In this document: in pieces, positions 1 to 10,265 of the stretch
How the letters are laid out: each line of letters starts with the position of its first letter
Position numbering within the stretch: position 1 is the stretch's first letter
DNA from: Paraspadella gotoi
Taxonomy: Eukaryota > Animalia > Chaetognatha
Assembly: GCA_051294375.1 (NCBI GenBank)
Contig: CM119264.1
Location: forward strand, 16,279,245-16,343,244
DNA: 64,000 bases
Direction of reading: 5' to 3'
Made by a program: the position numbers and the translations under genes
Notes under the pieces: generated by a model
What the model saw: only the letters and a program-made list of their open reading frames with translations
The model's database searches: none
What the model was told of the DNA's origin: nothing

Positions 1-158
1 GAGTCTTGAAGGGACGCGTTTCGAAGGAGGGGTCGTCGAATCCGCGGCGCGGGACGCCACTTCTTCGACCGCCATTACATTCGGTTACGTGGTGCGTACC
101 AAGAATGATATTACCAAGGAAGTGGAATTAAAACAGTCCCGAACAGATAAGACGCTAG
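1..158 (+). CDS. Candidate internal coding exon (partial, unknown product)
   Basis: GC-rich open frame from base 2 (SLEGTRFEGGVVESAARDATSSTAITFGYVVRTKNDITKEVELKQSRTDKTL) ending at a G|GTTAGG donor, followed by AT-rich intron-like DNA. No recognisable domain. Confidence 0.35.
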
Positions 159-245
159 GTTAGGATGGAGATGGGCATAGGTGATTTAAAAATAAATGAC
201 TACTGAAAGATGTGAAAAGAAAAAGAAAATTTTAAAACCAGTAAA

Positions 246-1797
246 TTTCTAAGCTCTTTTTAACCAAAAAAGTTTTGTTTAAAAAAAATATTTTTTCTCC
301 TGAGCCAGGGGTGTTGTAGAGTCAAAATATTGAATTTCCCCTTTTTTTAGTATTTTTTACCTTTTTTCAGTTAATTCTTTAATATACATTGTTATGATTC
401 TTTCTTTTCGTTGTGTTTATAAATTAGGAAAAACAGTTTTTAAAGGTCAACAACGATGTTGAGCTTTAAAAACTGTTTTTCTTTAATATAATAATCTTTA
501 ATCAAGTTAATTATCAAAGAAAAAGTTTTTATGAAATTGGTACAACCAATATAAAAATTATCCAATATCCATTCATTTAATAAATAAGCTATTTTGCCCC
601 TGACTTTGGACAGGCTTTGGTGGTTTAAAGCCTCCATCACTCTTACAAGATAATGACATAGCTTTCAATCAAGACTCTCTTAGTCTTGTTTATTCACTCC
701 CAGAGTACCTGGCTTCACTATCAATGAGGTGGTATATTATCATATTTAACTGTTTTTAAAACATTAATGAATAAAAAATATTAGTTTTTAGCTTAAGCCA
801 GGGGTATTGAAGGACAAAAATATGTAGTTTTTCAGAGAGCTCATTCTGGCAAGATTTGGAGTTTGAATTTTTAATATTTTTAGTCTTTGCTTGCCATAAG
901 GAAAAATAAAATTTTTAAATTAAAATTATTTTTTAAGAAAAATTACAATATTTGTATTTTAATTCTTCGTTTCTAAATCTTTCAAGAAAAAATTTTTTAT
1001 TCATATTTATACTTCAGAAATCTTCAAAATATGATTTTTCTCAATAAATAATTTTAATTTAAAACTTTCATTTTTCTTAATGGCAAGCAAAGATCAAAAA
1101 TATTAGAAATTCAAACTAAAATATCTGAATTATTTTTTAAAAATATTTACAAATCATGTTTTTTTTAAGGATAACATGTTTTAATCATAGTAATGAAAAT
1201 ATTTAATAATTTTAAATGGTTCTTAAGTTAATCAATTAATTGAATATTTCTTCTTAACTGAAAAGTTTTTATTTAACGATTCATCTTAAAAACAAAGCGA
1301 TTAATATAAATTTTTAATTACATATTAAAATTATTTAAATAAAGATAAAATTATTCAAATAATATTCAGTTATTATTATAAATTTTTTTTTCATTTTACA
1401 CTATTTAAAAATAGTTTTACTAAAAAACAAAATTTATTTTTGCATACGTTTCATCTGTGCTGATAAAAATAATAATTTTATCTAACTGTATATACAAATA
1501 TTTTGGTATTACATAAAATATTTTTTCTTTGAGATATAACAATTTTAATGAATTATATTAATTAATTGGTTTGACTTTTTTTTTATTAAAAATCGTTGTT
1601 TGCATAACAACTAAATATGATAAATTAAAATCGTTTTCTTTGATAATTACATTGATTAAAGATTAAAATAACTGAGAAAAGCTAAAAATCAATTAAATTA
1701 AAGGTGAATTTCAATATTTTGGCTTTTTAACACCCCTGGCTCGGGCAAAAAATTATTTTTTTAGAAAAAACTTTATTAGTTAAAAAGAGCTTAGAAA
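246..1797. mobile_element. AT-rich foldback/MITE-like element with ~95-bp terminal inverted repeats and an inner inverted pair
   Basis: 246-340 (ttctaagctctttttaac...gagccaggggtgtt...aaaatattgaatt) is the diverged reverse complement of ~1703-1797. An inner inverted pair lies at ~853-951 / ~1031-1125 (tctttgcttgccat / atggcaagcaaaga), and a partial third copy of the gccagggg motif at ~795-820. Confidence 0.6.
531..736 (+). mobile_element. Short dispersed repeat family A, copy 1 (~210 bp, non-autonomous)
   Basis: atgaaattggtacaaccaatat...ctgactttggacaggctttggtggttta...tattcactcccagagtacctggcttc...ggtata recurs at 16540-16764 and 29989-30207. Confidence 0.85.
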
Positions 1798-1886
1798 AAC
1801 GAACAGAATGACACCCTGACTTGTTCCATAATCATAATATTGTCGGATTCAAATGTAAGTACCAGGTTAAACTAAAATTGAATGCG

Positions 1887-2783
1887 TTATTTTAATCCAT
1901 CATCGTCGTCTTCACTGTGGCCAGCGTCATTAAGCCCTTCGAGATAAGACTCGAAATCTTCGATAGCGATGCCGACAGAGAAATCGAGATCGAGCGGCCC
2001 ATCGGTCGCCAACTCAGGTTTTTCTTCGATTTTCTGCACCTGATGTAGATTCTGGTTTTGTACTTGGTTGATATCATTCGTTGTATTTATAATTACTGGG
2101 TCATCTTCGGCGATGAGGTGATTCATTCGAGTCCGAGATCCGAGTTTCCCAGGAAGTTCGCTATGAGCTCTTCCAGCATTATCGTCTGATTTGGCTCTGA
2201 GCGAAGAACCGCTAATAGCACCGACATCATCATCGATAATGGAGGAATCAACTCGGTCGTCGAGGCGAGGGGGCAAGGCGTCGTCACGAGATCGCAGATC
2301 GACCTCGCCACTAAACGAAGAAGGTTCTGTTTCAACGGGCGTCGGGCGGCAAAAACTCGATCGTTCCGACGCCATGGAATCGGGATAATCATTTTCGGAA
2401 TCAGAAGAAGTCGGGGAAGGAATTCGTTTGCCGACTTCAGTTTTCCAGGCTTTTTTCCTTTTAAAATCGCGAGACGACGAAGACGACCCGATAGATTGGT
2501 TCGATTTTTTCTTAATCCGATGGTCGTGAATACAACCAGAATCGTCTACAGAAGAGATAATGCTTTTACTCCAGCATTTACGAGTTTCTCGATGAATAAC
2601 GAGACTCATTTCACTAATGAAAGTTTCTCCGCATGTTTCACAGGAAGGATGCAAAGATAGGTGAAGCGCCAAAGCGTGTTCTGGAACATTTGATTTGCAG
2701 CATGAACATTCTCTTGAGGATGCATAGGGGATGAACAGGCCAAATGCCATCATAAATAAATTACTGAAAGATAAGTTTAGCAA
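1887..2783 (-). CDS. Intronless ORF with two N-terminal C2H2/C2HC-like zinc fingers and an acidic low-complexity tail; probably transposon-derived
   Basis: 298-aa ORF containing CSCC-x11-HLSLH and CETC-x12-H-x5-C, then an S/D/E-rich region. It is surrounded by inverted-repeat DNA and lacks the introns and GC3 bias of the host genes here. Confidence 0.45.
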   Translation of the reverse strand: MLNLSFSNLFMMAFGLFIPYASSRECSCCKSNVPEHALALHLSLHPSCETCGETFISEMSLVIHRETRKCWSKSIISSVDDSGCIHDHRIKKKSNQSIGSSSSSRDFKRKKAWKTEVGKRIPSPTSSDSENDYPDSMASERSSFCRPTPVETEPSSFSGEVDLRSRDDALPPRLDDRVDSSIIDDDVGAISGSSLRAKSDDNAGRAHSELPGKLGSRTRMNHLIAEDDPVIINTTNDINQVQNQNLHQVQKIEEKPELATDGPLDLDFSVGIAIEDFESYLEGLNDAGHSEDDDDGLK

Positions 2784-2809
2784 TTTGTCAGAAACAAAGA
2801 TTGTTAGAA

Positions 2810-3705
2810 TCGAAGACTAGTGAATCGTGATGTCTGAGTTCGGACTTAACTTCGTCACAAGGACTTTTCGTTTTGGATCATTTCATCATACGTGCTTAGT
2901 CGTATGCTATTTCGTACTGCTTACGTCGTTCGTCCTTTCGTTGAGATTCAGTATTTTTTAGTATATTCATTGGTTTCTGAATTAATACTGATTTTTGTAA
3001 TTCCCGGCCGATGCACCAAGCTGTTAGGACCCGCCGGTCCGTCCTCCTAAAACGCCCCCGAGAATATTCGAAGAATATTTGAGGAAACTCCTCAACCCCG
3101 GCGAGATGCTTCGGTAGTCCAGAGATTCTTCAAAGGCATGATTTGGTGGCTTGAGCAGATCGACGATCAAATAGTCTCTTTATTTCTCTGAGTTTATGAA
3201 GAGTTTAAAAAGGGTACCTTAATAAAATAATCAAAGCATATAGATATTCAAACAGTACAATAAAGAATAATTATCAAAATTATTATTTAAACACTCAAAA
3301 GAATTACAAAAATCAGTATAAACTCAAAAACCAATGAATAAACTAAAGCACGAATGACGAAATGATCCAAACGATAAATCCTTGTGACGAAGTAAAGTTC
3401 AAACTCAGATATCACGATTCGCGAGTCTTTGGATTAACATTTTGAGTGTTTAAATAATTATTTATAATAATAATATTATAATAATAATAATTACTAATTG
3501 CTTTGATTATTTTATTAAGGTACCCCTTTTTAAACTCTTCATAAACTCAAAAGAGAAATAGAGAAACCATTTGATCGTCGATCTGCTCAAGCCGCCAAAT
3601 CATGCCTTTGAAGCATTTCTGGACTACCGAAGCATCTCGCCGGGGTGGAGTTTCCTCGAATATTCTTGGGGGAGTTTTAGGAGGACGGACCGGCGGGTCC
3701 TAACA
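2810..3705. repeat. Interleaved inverted repeats A-B-A'-B'
   Basis: A 2810-3003 is reverse-complementary to 3301-3432; B 3022-3300 is reverse-complementary to 3440-3705 (e.g. tgttaggacccgccggtccgtcctcctaaaac / gttttaggaggacggaccggcgggtcctaaca). Confidence 0.85.
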
Positions 3706-5464
3706 AGATCTCCACCAGTAAAGTTTTTTCTCAAAAAAGAAAAAGTAAACAATCGTATAAGTTGTATGCAAATAACAACGGTAAAAAAATGGACCAGGGT
3801 TGAGAATATGGGAACTATAGACGAAAACCAAAAAAAATATTAAAAATATAAAATACTTATACTAAATAATAGTAATTATTTTAGAGCGTCAAAAACCAGT
3901 AAGGATCGGATGCAATAGGAAGGCTGAAGGCATCGAAGCTCGCGGGTCGCGGCAGAAGCTGACTGACATCTACCGAAGAAAAAAAAAAACAATAGACGTG
4001 GCCCTCTTCGGCGATCCTATATTTTAATACTCTCGGTAGGGGTAACCCTACTCAATGGGGTGAGTTAAAAATTTAGAATAAATACATGCTCAAACGAAAA
4101 TTTATATATTTTTAAATATATTTTCAATGGACAAAAAATTTCTTGTGGCTCTATACCCAAATAATTATTTTTTTAATATTAAGAAATAAAATTAGTAATT
4201 AATTTATACATAGGAAAGGCCACATTTTTTTATAGAATTTTTAAATTTTAAAACCAGATTTAGATAGCTCATAAAAGTATAATTCTTTTTTAAATATTGT
4301 TATGATAAGCGAGTCAAAAAAAATTTTAAAAACGTAAAAATTTGTAAAAGTTATAATTATATTTTTTGTTTAACTTTTTATGCTCTATTAGAATCCATCA
4401 AAAAATTTAATATTTTTTTTAAAAAAATGTATATTATAAAGAAAGATATAAGTAACATTTAATGTATTAATCAATAGAGTAGAGTACTGGGGAACATAAA
4501 TTATATTTGAATGAACAAACAAATATATTTATACGTGAGATAGTATGATTAAGGAGTACAAAAAATATTTTGTTTATATTATTTGGGGAACAGTATTATT
4601 AATTATAATATATTTAAAATCATAAATTTTTAAAATAATTTTTTTTTAAATTTTTATTAAAGATTCTGATTCTTCATAAAAAGTTAGATCAAAAATATAA
4701 AATATGTTATTAAAAATTTCAATGTCTACAGCGTCAAAAATGGAAAAAAAAGGTCAAATTCTCCACTTTTTTACGCTTTGTAGTAGAAACTATTATATGA
4801 TGAAACGTTTTGATCATTTTTCGCAGCTTTAACCTAAAAATATCATGTAACATATTTTACAAAAGTTTTTCAGTTTTTTCCGGCGAATCCAAAACTGTTC
4901 TTAAAATTAAAAAAATATGATTTTGAAATTTTATGATTTTATAAGGATATTACTATAAAAAAAATCAATTAATGATACTGTTATGCTAATTTTTTTAAAA
5001 AAAGGGCTTAATTATTTTTTATTATATATACAAAGGCAGCAAAAAAACATTGTTCCATCGCTCAATCTTTTCATCACTCCACCCTATTAATCAAGACGTA
5101 TAATGTAAATTTTTTTTGAAAATGATTGCTTAAATATTTAGTCAAGATAACTAAAAAAAAATTTGCTAATAGTCCAAATTTTAAATTATCTCTGGAATTG
5201 GTCCCTGTTCTCGGGAGGCTAATGGGAAAATGAAGACAAAGATGAAAAAAAAATTTATTTATATGGTTTTTAGATAAAAATTTTAAGATAAAAGGCTTAA
5301 TTATTATTTAAAAAGTAAGGTCATTACTTTAAATATTTTTGGAAAAAAAGGGTAACACAACTTTTTTTAATTTAAAAACTTAAATATAATATTTAATTTA
5401 TGGCTTATTTTTACTTTCGCTGACCAGGATTTAGCGGTCGGTTAGTTGTTTTTGGCTTTTTATG

Positions 5465-5709
5465 AATTTGCTCAACTGGCATAATTTGCTCAACTGGCAT
5501 AATTTGGTCAACTGGCATAATTTGCTCAACTGGCATAATTTGGTCAACTGGCATAATTTGGTCAACTGGCATAATTTGGTCAACTTGCAAAATGTGGTCA
5601 ACTGGCATAATTTGGTAAATTGTTGTAATTTGGTCAACTGGTAAAATTTGGTCAACTGACATAATTTGCTCAACTGCATAATTTGGTCAATAGGCATAAT
5701 TTGGTCAAT
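5465..5709. repeat. 18-bp minisatellite (aatttggtcaactggcat)n, ~13-14 units
   Basis: Directly visible tandem array; it generates the spurious VDQIMP/NWHNLV repeat ORFs. Confidence 0.95.
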
Positions 5710-5991
5710 CAATCAATTAAAGAGAGATAGAAAGAAACTTTTAAAAATTGTCATGTCTTTTGGTTTTCTGTTATAAACTCTTTTCCACTCATCAAAAACT
5801 TTTATCCAGCTTAATCTCAGCGTTTCTTACCCACACACAAAATTTCATTTCAATTTATCCATCCAATTTTTAATCCATATAATAATTATGTGTAAATATA
5901 ATATTGTGTTTTTTTCCTTTCTGTTTCGTTGTGATTTGATTTAGAACAAAGTTTGAAGAGAGATTTAACAACGATTTTTATTTCATAGTGA

Positions 5992-6033
5992 AACGGACAT
6001 GTTTCGACTCACATACGAGTCTTCTTCAGCGCC
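5992..6033 (-). ncRNA. Minimal type I hammerhead ribozyme (identical inverted copy)
   Basis: Exact reverse complement of 6635-6676. Confidence 0.75.
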
Positions 6034-6190
6034 AATTCAATTTGTGAATTTGAAGAGAATTTTGTGCATAAAGAAAGAGAGAGAGACAGAGCAAAGTTTC
6101 CAACACAGAGTTTGAGAGAAAGGATAGTGTTCAGTTTTTTAATAGGGACAGGTGAAGGTGAGGACAGAGATAGTTTGTGAAAATAAATTG

Positions 6191-6226
<36 letters not shown>

Positions 6227-6634
6227 GTACAACAATGTGAAAATTTGGTAAACTTTAATAATGAATAATATCAACAATTAGCTACAGTAATAAATTAGTG
6301 AAATGAAATAGAAGTTCAGAAATGTGAAATATTTATTGTTAGTGAGGGATAGCTAAGTAATTAGGAAAAGGGAAATTTCAAGTAATAAGAAAGAGCTCAA
6401 AATGAGCTGGCCCCCCTTGGTTATGAACAATTGAAAGGCTAGATTGATAAGGTCAGGTCATTGGTGTGTCATTGGCTGAGAGGACAGGTTGGTGGAGCCT
6501 ACTTGTGCAGAGTTGGGAAGACTTCCTTGCGGGAAGAAACCAAAGGCTACTCGGATGTCTCTCTGGCCTGGTACGCCTGCCGACTGCCCTCTTCTTGCCT
6601 CCACAAAATTCTCTTCAAATTCACAAATTGAATT

Positions 6635-6676
6635 GGCGCTGAAGAAGACTCGTATGTGAGTCGAAACATGTCCGTT
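6635..6676 (+). ncRNA. Minimal type I hammerhead ribozyme
   Basis: GGCG-CUGAAGA-A-GACUC(guaugu)GAGUC-GAA-ACAUGU-C^CGUU: conserved core, 5-bp stem II, palindromic ACAUGU stem III, GUC cleavage site after 6672, weak stem I GGCG/CGUU. Confidence 0.75.
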
Positions 6677-6887
6677 TCACTATGAAATAAAAATCGTTGT
6701 TAAATCTCTCTTCAAACTTTGTGTAAATATAAGTAAAAATGCTTCAAGTAAATATGACTTTTGTTTTTTTCATTTCAACTAATTTCCACTCACACGATCA
6801 TTAGCGGTAATTAATTAATTAATTTGATCCGAAATGCTTGTTTTATGGTGGACTAAAATGCACCTTCCGTTCATCAGCGACCATTAG

Positions 6888-7058
6888 TGCCGGAGGCAAG
6901 TCATTCGCCTCCCAACCCAAAGGTCCGGGGTTCTAGCATGGTGGTCGCCTAGCAGTTAAGAGGGACGGGGCGCTTAACCCGCCTGTAACACGGTGTTACA
7001 GCCTGATCCGAAGCTCAGGGACTGCTTATATTGAACGGTTCTGTCACTAACACTAACA
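6888..7058 (+). mobile_element. Degenerate tRNA-derived SINE-like element
   Basis: tRNA-like head (tcattcgcctcccaacccaaaggtccggggttc, partial B box), GC-rich body with hairpin ctgtaacac-g-gtgttacag, short cactaa repeat tail. Only one copy in the window. Confidence 0.4.
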
Positions 7059-7218
7059 ATTATCACTTTCTCTTCAGTTTTTAGATCTTTTCGTCACTTA
7101 CCACGACAAAAGCAACGACGACGATGATGGCGACGATGATAATAATGCCGATAACGATTGACTTGATTGATTGATTAAATAATTAATTGATAAATAAATT
7201 GATTGATTAAATCAATTT

Positions 7219-7525
7219 AGTAAGTAGACAGGGATTTCTGAGCGAAACCAAAGTGGATTTTATTTCTTCAAAATAAACGATTAACAAGACGGTGTCAATT
7301 TCAAGGCAGAGTGAATCGATACAGAATTCGGTTACTTTTTATACAGCCCAAACGGATCGGAGGTAAGGGTAAAATATCCTCGGCGGAAGGAAGCCCATCT
7401 GACCATTGGCCGGTGCCATTTGTTGCCTCGACCAATGAGAATGTTCCATTCTGGTTCCGGTGGATTTTTCCCCGAGTCGCTGATCCGATTTCGACTTTGG
7501 AGTTCTGATTCCCTCTGCGATGCGT
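7219..7525 (-). repeat. Putative 3' LTR
   Basis: Follows the PPT. On the - strand it has, in order, CCAAT boxes, TATAAAA (~7337-7343), an Inr-like attcact and AATAAA (~7259-7264), and ends ...CTTACT. The partner LTR is not in view and the termini are not TG...CA. Confidence 0.55.
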
Positions 7526-8116
7526 CCCCCCCTCCTCAAACGACAGCGTACGTGGTCAGTCGGTAGCTGGAGTTGCGATTCTTATTAGGAGAGAGGTGCA
7601 GACGAGGATGTTGAAGCTTATTTTCTACCTTTTTTTGTTTTTTTTTGTTGAGGGAGAAAGAGAGAGAGAGAGAGAGAGATTTTCCTTTCTTTTTGCTTTT
7701 TTTTTTTTTTTTTTTTTTTTTTTGGATCGAGCTTAGAGAGGGAGAGAGAGCTTTTTTTGAGAGAGAGAGAGATCTTCTTCTTTTGCTCCATCTCGCGAGA
7801 CGGGCTTCCGTTGGGGCCTTGTTTCCGTCGCCTTTTGTCGTTCCAAGAGGATTACCTGTCTCGATTTTTTGTTTCATCTCGCTTCGTTTTTCTTTTGTTT
7901 TTACTTGTCTCTATTTTTTGTTTCATCTCGCTTGTTTTTCTTTTGTTTTTACTTGTCTCAATTTTTTTGTTCCGTTTCGTTTTTTTTTTTTTTTTTTTTT
8001 TTTTACTATTTGGGTTCTATTATTTATCTACATTTATCGGTTATTGTTTATTTTTCCTTGTTTATCTACATCTGCCACTTATTGTTTTTAACTACTGGCG
8101 GAAGTTCCTTTTCCTA

Positions 8117-9190
8117 TTACGCTGGCTTCGTCTGATGTTTCTTGAGGCGACGCCTGTGGTACTTGAGGTCACGCCCAGCTATCGAGACGACATAATGGTT
8201 GCCATCTTTCTCTATGACTTTGTGAGGGCCCGAATATATGCGTTTGACTTTGTTCTCGGTTGTCGCCGTTCCTGCCATGATCAGGTCTCGTCTGGCTAGG
8301 ACCAGATCACCGACCTTAATCTCTTCTGGTCGTCTGAATGGGTTTCTTCTGGCCGATTGTTTTATAGAGTTTTGTGCGTTGGTCGGCCAGCTGTGTCTGG
8401 GCTCTCTCTTGCTTATCGGGCCCTTTGTCTTATGAAATCAATGAGATTTCTTTTTGTAAAGTCGTCGGCGCTTTCTACTATTCTTGGCCTATGGCCAAAT
8501 TGAATTTCATGTGGTGACTTATCCGTTTTCCAGCCAATTATCGGGGTCGCATTCAGTAGGAGCATGAGGTGAGGCAGCTGTTCCAGCCATCTGCTTGGCT
8601 GGTCATCCACTGCTTTTCGAAGAGCTTGACGGATTCGGCCTATGTCCCGTTCGGCCCTGTTGCTGTCCTTCCGGCCTATGAGGACGCGCCTGCCTACTGT
8701 GTCGAGTAGGCTCAGTATTGATCTCATGGCCACTCCGTTTAATTGTGTTGCGCCGTCAAAGTTTACTTCCATGTAAGATCCATGTTGGAGAAAAATATTT
8801 TTGTCTAAGGCCTTTACAATGGTCGCGGCGTCTGCTCGACGTGCGTAGTGGAATTGCCCAAGTAATAAGCGAGACGCGTGTATCTGACGCAAACTAGGAT
8901 GTAACTGTATTCCGGCATAGCGTGTGGGACGATGCATTGAATATCGGTATGCTTAATCAGATTCCATGGGCCTACTGGCAGATTACGGGGCCGAGCGAAG
9001 TTTTCGTTGTGTGTTCTAGTGTATCTGATCGCTTTTGCGACAATTACACGAGTTGTCTTGAGACACTTTCGCTGCGGCTGGTTGTTGAGCTCCAGGGGCG
9101 GAGAACTCGATATTGTGGGCGGTTATGTAATGCCGTCCGATCTACGGCCTGGATGACAAAAAGCGCTCATGGATCATGGTTTGGTTGATA
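8117..9190 (-). pseudogene. Gypsy-type integrase (frameshifted)
   Basis: H-x4-HPG...C-x-C remnant of the zinc-binding region (~9035-9170); core ...FDGATQL...SNRAERDIGRIRQALRK...WLEQLPHLMLLLNATP...SPHEIQFGHRPR; C-terminal GPY/F-type module KVGDLVL...KRIYSGPHKVIEKDGNHYVV...YHRRRLKK, stop at 8117-8119. The pieces are in different frames. Confidence 0.85.
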
Positions 9191-10265
9191 TATGCTTCTG
9201 CTTTTGGGGCATGGTATCAATACAATCTTATTTGGTTCGGCGTATTTTGGCCTTGAAGCCTTGATGTACGAGATGCCATTGCCTTGTGACGTCTGTAGAT
9301 CATTCAGGTCAGTTTTAGAACGAAGTATTTCTGCAGTCACTGTCTTTGCTCTTTGCTCATTTTCTTCATTTTAGTTTTGTTTTGCTTTTGTCGTTGATCG
9401 CCTTCTTTGAGAGCTCGATGACAACTAACGAATCATCCTGTCGTTTGCTCATTTTTTTATGTCACTGGCGAGGGGACAAGGGTTTGTTGTTTCCGCTGTG
9501 TGTCTTGTGGTTATTTTTCTTCGGCGCTTACTTTACTTGTTTCGCTGCGCATCGATAACTGCTTCAAAGGTGCTGTCTTCATCCGATTAGCTTCTCTGAT
9601 TAGCGAGCTGGCTTTGCAACTTCTATTATTGTGTGATGAAGCTTGACGGGCGGCGCCGCTGGGAGTTGGCTACTTCAGTTTGTCGCCTTCCCCTGTGTTA
9701 TGTTGGATGTATTTATTGAAGTCATTGTTGGGANNNNNNNNNNNNNNNNNNNNNNNNNNNNNNNNNNNNNNNNNNNNNNNNNNNNNNNNNNNNNNNNNNN
9801 NNNNNNNNNNNNNNNNNNNNNNNNNNNNNNNNNAGATTTTCTTCTTACCGATTTTTTAAAGAAAATTAAGCTTACTGATTTTATCAAATTTTTTAACTAC
9901 TTTCCCAAATTATTATAGAAGAAAAAATTATATGATCAGAACCAGCTTAAGTTAAAGGGTCAAACGTTATGTTTTCAGCTTTTTACCCCCCCTGTTCACT
10001 TGGTCCCCTTAAGAGATATGATCTTTTTTAACTTGAGTGTTCCAAATCAAGAAGGGAAAAGTGAATTTTATTAAAAAGCTTTAGAATTATTTATTATTAT
10101 ATATTATTATATTATTATTTTTCAATAACCTTTAAATTGGAGCCAAACCAACCAACCAACCAACCACCTCCAACACATTAACATAATGTTGATCGTTCCT
10201 CACTTTTAGAATTTAAATTAAAGTGAAATTTAGAATTTTTACTACGGTTTACTGCTCATATATAG

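Larger units (their letters stand above)
5902..6719. mobile_element. Truncated, partly inverted Penelope-like retroelement insertion
   Basis: Perfect ~120-bp inverted repeat (5946-6066 / 6602-6720), each arm carrying a hammerhead core. 13-bp TSD tgtgtaaatataa at 5889-5901 and 6720-6732. A residual ORF end (KGYSDVSLAWYACRLP..., ~6540-6631) resembles Penelope GIY-YIG C-termini. Confidence 0.8.
7219..9733 (-). mobile_element. 3' part of a Ty3/Gypsy LTR retrotransposon, cut by an N gap
   Basis: Integrase remnants at 8117-9190, A-rich 3' UTR, polypurine tract gaggaggggggg (7526-7537, - strand), then an LTR-like segment. Confidence 0.8.

Noticed and set aside
440-640. Small ORF MEALNHQSLSKVRGKIAYLLNEW repeated at 16499-16684
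   Set aside because: It is the antisense reading of repeat family A; start and end differ between copies.
5465-5709. CRISPR-like array
   Set aside because: Units are contiguous with no unique spacers, the context is eukaryotic and there are no cas genes; the same applies to 27501-27690 and 61186-61797.
5411-5712. Repeat-protein ORFs (VDQIMP)n / (NWHNLV)n
   Set aside because: By-products of an 18-bp minisatellite open on both strands; no splice or codon support.
6888-6950. tRNA gene
   Set aside because: No complete cloverleaf or acceptor stem and a broken B box; treated as a SINE head.
7536-8299. Long F/L/K-rich ORFs
   Set aside because: Translations of the low-complexity A/T-rich Gypsy 3' UTR.
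9950-10012. TTAA-flanked transposon end (ggtccccttaa)
   Set aside because: Only one candidate end is visible next to an N gap; no partner TIR.
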